Below are positions 60,485 to 64,000 of a DNA stretch of 64,000 bases, piece by piece (position 1 is the first letter of the stretch; every line of letters begins with the position of its first letter). The position numbers were made by a program, and so were the translations under genes. Origin of the DNA: an uncultured Bacillota bacterium (GTDB taxonomy: Bacteria > Sysuimicrobiota > Sysuimicrobiia > Sysuimicrobiales > Segetimicrobiaceae); contig CAWBBU010000012.1 of the NCBI GenBank assembly GCA_963787105.1, forward strand, positions 116,189 through 180,188, read 5' to 3'. The notes beneath the pieces are model-generated. The model was not told the DNA's origin. It did no database searches and worked only from the letters and a program-made list of their open reading frames with translations.

Positions 60485-61303
60485 TTACGGGACGGCCGGA
60501 CTGGCGTCGCTCGCGACGAACCGCGCGCTCTCCTCGGAGGAGATCCAGACCCGCGTCATCCCGTAGACGACATAGCGCAGGTAGCCTGTATCTGACAGAT
60601 AATCCGTCTCTGCGGAAAACGAGCGCAGGTGGTGAACGTCGGGCAGCCCGGTGACACCGGCCACCCCCGGGATGGTCGTGATGTGAGAGTCGGCCGGGCT
60701 GATCCGGATCGGGAGCGTCCCGGGCGCGGCGGGCGGGCCTGCGGTCACCGTCGCGGGTGCGGCGTCGTACGAGCTCACGGCAGGTGCCGTGGGCGCCGAC
60801 GGCTGCTGCGGAGTCGCGAGCGGGGCAAACACCATGACGGCGGCGACCGCCCCGTGATCGAGCCCGAAGCCTAACCCCAGCGAGGTGTACAGGACGCCCG
60901 GCATGCCCTCGACCGCGCCCGCGGTGGAGGTCGCGCCCAGCGTACCGGCCAGGTTCGCCACCGGGGTTCCGATGTGAATGCCCTCGACGTCGACCAGCAC
61001 GCTGTTCGTCGTCGTCAGCGCGACGACGACGCCATTGGTCACGTACGCGGTAATGCCGTACGGGTTGAAGACGTAGGCCATGGTCCCGTCCGTCCCGGCC
61101 AATCTGACCTCAGTCACGGGCCCGAGGCGCGAGATCACCGCATTGATATCCGCGCCGAGGGCGACACCGGCGACGGACGTGCCCGGCACGACGCCGGCCA
61201 CGTTCTCGGCGGTCGCGGAAAACGGCGAGCGGTTCGGCAGGGCGCACATCGCGAGCGCCAAGCATGCGCCAGCTACTGTCAATAGGACACGCGGCGACCC
61301 CAT
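60485..61303 (-). CDS. Exported hypothetical protein (VVPGxSVAG..EGIHIG family)
   Basis: Signal peptide. Motifs shared with the 26964 and 28485 proteins. Confidence 0.75.
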   Translation of the reverse strand: MGSPRVLLTVAGACLALAMCALPNRSPFSATAENVAGVVPGTSVAGVALGADINAVISRLGPVTEVRLAGTDGTMAYVFNPYGITAYVTNGVVVALTTTNSVLVDVEGIHIGTPVANLAGTLGATSTAGAVEGMPGVLYTSLGLGFGLDHGAVAAVMVFAPLATPQQPSAPTAPAVSSYDAAPATVTAGPPAAPGTLPIRISPADSHITTIPGVAGVTGLPDVHHLRSFSAETDYLSDTGYLRYVVYGMTRVWISSEESARFVASDASPAVP

Positions 61304-61485
61304 GATCGTTTCCCCCGCTTGGACCGGGCTCGACTGGTGCCGTGTCGTAGTGTATGATCGTGGCTATTATATCGCGTCACCTGATTTCCTGCCAGTAGAA
61401 ACGCCTAGGCGTACCGGGGGCGAATCCGACGAAGTATGGCTGGGATCGACTGCACGGCCGGTAGCACGCCCGGGGCGTCCGTCGC

Positions 61486-62235
61486 ATGAGCGGCGCGACC
61501 CTGGTGCTCGCCTTCGTCATCGGCGCCATTTTTGGAAGCTTCGCGAACGTCCTGATTCACCGGCTGCCCCTTGGCGAGTCGATCGTTGCGCCCCCGTCCC
61601 ACTGTCCGGCGTGCCGTACGCCAATTGCCCCGTGGGACAACGTGCCGATCCTGAGCTTTCTCCTCCTGGGCGGGCGGTGCCGGGCGTGCCGCGCGCCGAT
61701 TTCGGTCCGCTATGTCCTCGTCGAGATCCTGATGGGCGCGCTGGCGGTCGCGGTCGTCGCCCGCTTCGGGCTGACGCTGGAGGCCGTCCGCTTCGGCCTG
61801 CTGGCGTTTTTGCTGCTGGTGATCGTCTGGACCGACATCGAACACGGCATCATTCCTAACGCGATCACCTACCCGGGGATCGTGCTGGGGCTCGCCTGCA
61901 GTGCCGCGGTCGGGTCCGGGCTGTCCGCGCTCGAGGCGGCCGTGGGCGCGGCCGCGGTGTTTGTCGCGATCTCGGTCGCCAGCCGGGGGGGCATGGGCGG
62001 CGGCGACGTGAAGCTGGCGGCGATGATGGGGGCATTCCTCGGAGGGCCCGCGATCATCGTGGCCTTGTTCCTCGCGGTCGCCCTGGGCGCGATCGCCGGC
62101 ATTACCCTGATCGGCCTCCGCTTGCGAACCCGCAAGCAGACCATCCCGTTCGGCCCGGCCCTTGCGGTAGGCGCGTTGATCGCTGTTTTTGCGGCTAACG
62201 ATCTGGTAAGATGGTATATAACTCGGTTATGGTGA
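61486..62235 (+). CDS. pilD: Prepilin peptidase / N-methyltransferase
   Basis: GSFANVLIHRLP, CPAC..CRAC, MGGGDVKL, IPFGPAL. Confidence 0.96.
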   Translation: MSGATLVLAFVIGAIFGSFANVLIHRLPLGESIVAPPSHCPACRTPIAPWDNVPILSFLLLGGRCRACRAPISVRYVLVEILMGALAVAVVARFGLTLEAVRFGLLAFLLLVIVWTDIEHGIIPNAITYPGIVLGLACSAAVGSGLSALEAAVGAAAVFVAISVASRGGMGGGDVKLAAMMGAFLGGPAIIVALFLAVALGAIAGITLIGLRLRTRKQTIPFGPALAVGALIAVFAANDLVRWYITRLW

Positions 62236-62254
62236 TGCCGGAGGTTACGCTGCC

Positions 62255-63010
62255 GTGCTGAATCGGATTCGGGAGTTCTCATACAAGAACCCGCAGGCGA
62301 CGGCGGTGATCGCCTTTCTACTAATTGGCGTGGCGCTCTTCCGGATCTACCAGACGTCGACCCGGCGGGTGCCGTCCGGCCCGCCCCCGGCGGCGGTGGC
62401 GCCGAACCCCAACCCCAATGCCGCGGCGCCGGGCGGAGTGCCGACCCCGTCGACGGCCCCGGCGACCGGCGTGCCTCTACCGCCCGGGGTGGGTGGAACC
62501 CCCACGTCTCCGTCGGGCAGCCTTCCGCTGCCGCCCGGCTCGTCTACCGCAAACGGCGGAACGGCGGTGGCGGGAAGCGGCGGGGGAGCGGGGCGGCCTG
62601 ATCCGTTCGAAGCACCCGCGGGGTACGTGTTCGTCGGCTCGGGCCCGAATCCAACCCGGCCTGCGGCTGGTGGACGGTCAGGCTCCGGGCTCCCACCCGT
62701 GCCGCCGCTGCCGCCGGGTATTGGTGGAGGTCCGGGCACCTCATCGCCCACCGCTTCGGGACCGCCGGTTCCACTGTATCGCTTGACCGGGGTGATGGGT
62801 GGACCGATGGCGGTCGCGATCTTAGTGGATAAGGACGGCAGTCACGTCGTGTCGAGCGGGGACGTGCTCGCGCCCGGAGTTCGGGTGCTGGCGATCGACG
62901 CGGCGCACGGCGTCGTGCAGTTGGATCAGTTCGGCGACGACGGTCGAGGTGCGTCTGGACTCGCCCCCGGCAATTTGAGCGGGGGCGGGAGGACGGCGCC
63001 GCTGGCGTGA
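62255..63010 (+). CDS. Pro-rich bitopic protein, PilP/T2SS-C-like
   Basis: N-terminal TM, GRPDPF motif, YRLTGVMGG..AIL..VSSGD. Confidence 0.65.
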   Translation: MLNRIREFSYKNPQATAVIAFLLIGVALFRIYQTSTRRVPSGPPPAAVAPNPNPNAAAPGGVPTPSTAPATGVPLPPGVGGTPTSPSGSLPLPPGSSTANGGTAVAGSGGGAGRPDPFEAPAGYVFVGSGPNPTRPAAGGRSGSGLPPVPPLPPGIGGGPGTSSPTASGPPVPLYRLTGVMGGPMAVAILVDKDGSHVVSSGDVLAPGVRVLAIDAAHGVVQLDQFGDDGRGASGLAPGNLSGGGRTAPLA

Positions 63011-63055
63011 ACCTCCGCCATCTATGACGGCGCAGGGTCTGAGGGGGCGCCGCCC

Positions 63056-64000
63056 GTGGCAGGGCACGGCAGCGCCGGCTGGTCCGCGGACGCGCTCGCG
63101 CCTGGTCCGGCGATCGGGGTCAGCGGAACCCTCGCGGCGCGGTGCGCCGCGGTGCTGGTCCGGTACTGGGAACCCCTCGCGCTGAGTGCGGTCCTCGTCC
63201 TCGCGCTTGCACTCCGGTTCGACCTGCTGACCGTTCGGCCCCTGTGGTTCGACGAAGCCTTCAGCCTCACGACCGCACAACAGCGCGTTGGTGCCCTCTG
63301 GGACTTCTTTAAAACAAACGACTCCCATCCGATCGGGTACTACGCGTTGCTCTCCGCGTGGATCCACTGGTTTGGAACCGGCTTGGGGACGATGCGCCTC
63401 TTATCGCTCCTGTTCGGGCTCGCGGCGGTCGTGCTGACGTGGGCCGTGGGACGGCGGCTGTGCTCGCCGGCGATCGGCATCGTCGCCGCCGCCCTGGTCG
63501 CGCTGCATCCGTATCAGATCTACAGCAGCAACGAGCTGCGGATGTACGCCCCGCTCACCGCCCTCGCGCTCGTGTCGACGTGGTGCGTGTGGCGCGCGGC
63601 GGACTCCGGCGCGCCCTGGTGGCGATGGGCGCTGTATGGGACCAGCGTGGCCGCGATGGGGTATGTCAGCTACTACGCGTGGCTCCTCGTGCCGGCGCAG
63701 GTGCTGTGGCTCGCGTGCGTCCTGCCGTGGAGGCAGGCGGCGGCGCGCGTGGGGCTCGCGGGGGCCGTCGCCCTCGCATGGTACGCGCCGTGGATTCCCG
63801 TCGTGGCGACGCTGCCCGAGCGGCTGCCGTGGGCGTGGCGCACGCCGGTGAACCCCTACTGGCTCGTCGGCCTCCTGACCTCGCAGACGTTCGGGACGTA
63901 CCTCTTCGACACCGGCAGTTACTTCACGATCGGCCACGTGCCGTTCCAAACGTATCCCGTGCTGCTGTTCCCGTTCGTCGTACTGCTTGCGATCGGCGCC
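63056..64000 (+). CDS. GT-C fold glycosyltransferase (GT39/PMT-like), paralog of 37130-38632; 3' partial
   Basis: RPLWFDEAFS, NDSHPIGYY, SNELRMY, SQTFG.YLF.TG.YF.IGH. Confidence 0.88.
   Translation, partial: MAGHGSAGWSADALAPGPAIGVSGTLAARCAAVLVRYWEPLALSAVLVLALALRFDLLTVRPLWFDEAFSLTTAQQRVGALWDFFKTNDSHPIGYYALLSAWIHWFGTGLGTMRLLSLLFGLAAVVLTWAVGRRLCSPAIGIVAAALVALHPYQIYSSNELRMYAPLTALALVSTWCVWRAADSGAPWWRWALYGTSVAAMGYVSYYAWLLVPAQVLWLACVLPWRQAAARVGLAGAVALAWYAPWIPVVATLPERLPWAWRTPVNPYWLVGLLTSQTFGTYLFDTGSYFTIGHVPFQTYPVLLFPFVVLLAIGA

Noticed and set aside
1-64000. CRISPR arrays, transposases, integrases, rRNA, defence systems
   Set aside because: No regularly spaced repeats or recognisable motifs were seen by eye. 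The MazG-like gene looks like a housekeeping type.

Overview
High-GC bacterial chromosome segment from a diderm, since it encodes a PilQ secretin. Many essential or conserved genes (leuS, pilQ, kdpD, speB and others) are split by single-base indels, which looks like long-read assembly error. 1-5.7 kb is probably the end of a genomic island: MalT-like LuxR regulator, small partner protein, VOC, BKACE, Rieske and CMD genes, closed by an isolated 3' half of tRNA-Ala. 5.8-29 kb is mostly core genome: two paralogous secreted proteins, a GAF-degenerate GGDEF(-TM-SPOR) gene, leuS, an ECF sigma/ZAS anti-sigma/RseB-like operon, a Tat phosphoesterase, pdaD-speE-speB, and rpsU-NUDIX-aminotransferase-alaS-ruvX. 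29-64 kb holds a near-complete, dispersed type IVa pilus system with unusual regulation. A GEMM-I (c-di-GMP-I class) riboswitch with U in place of the ligand-pairing C92, plus a terminator, sits ahead of pilT-pilU and a SigB/SigF-type sigma factor. PilB carries an MshEN motif and is preceded by a HEAT-repeat/degenerate HD-GYP pair. A recurring SigH-like promoter motif precedes pilB, the minor pilins, pilM and pilQ. NarL-type boxes precede pilA, and a GAF kinase/NarL system lies at the end of the pil cluster. Three membrane glycosyltransferases are also present. No CRISPR array, rRNA, intact tRNA or transposase was seen.
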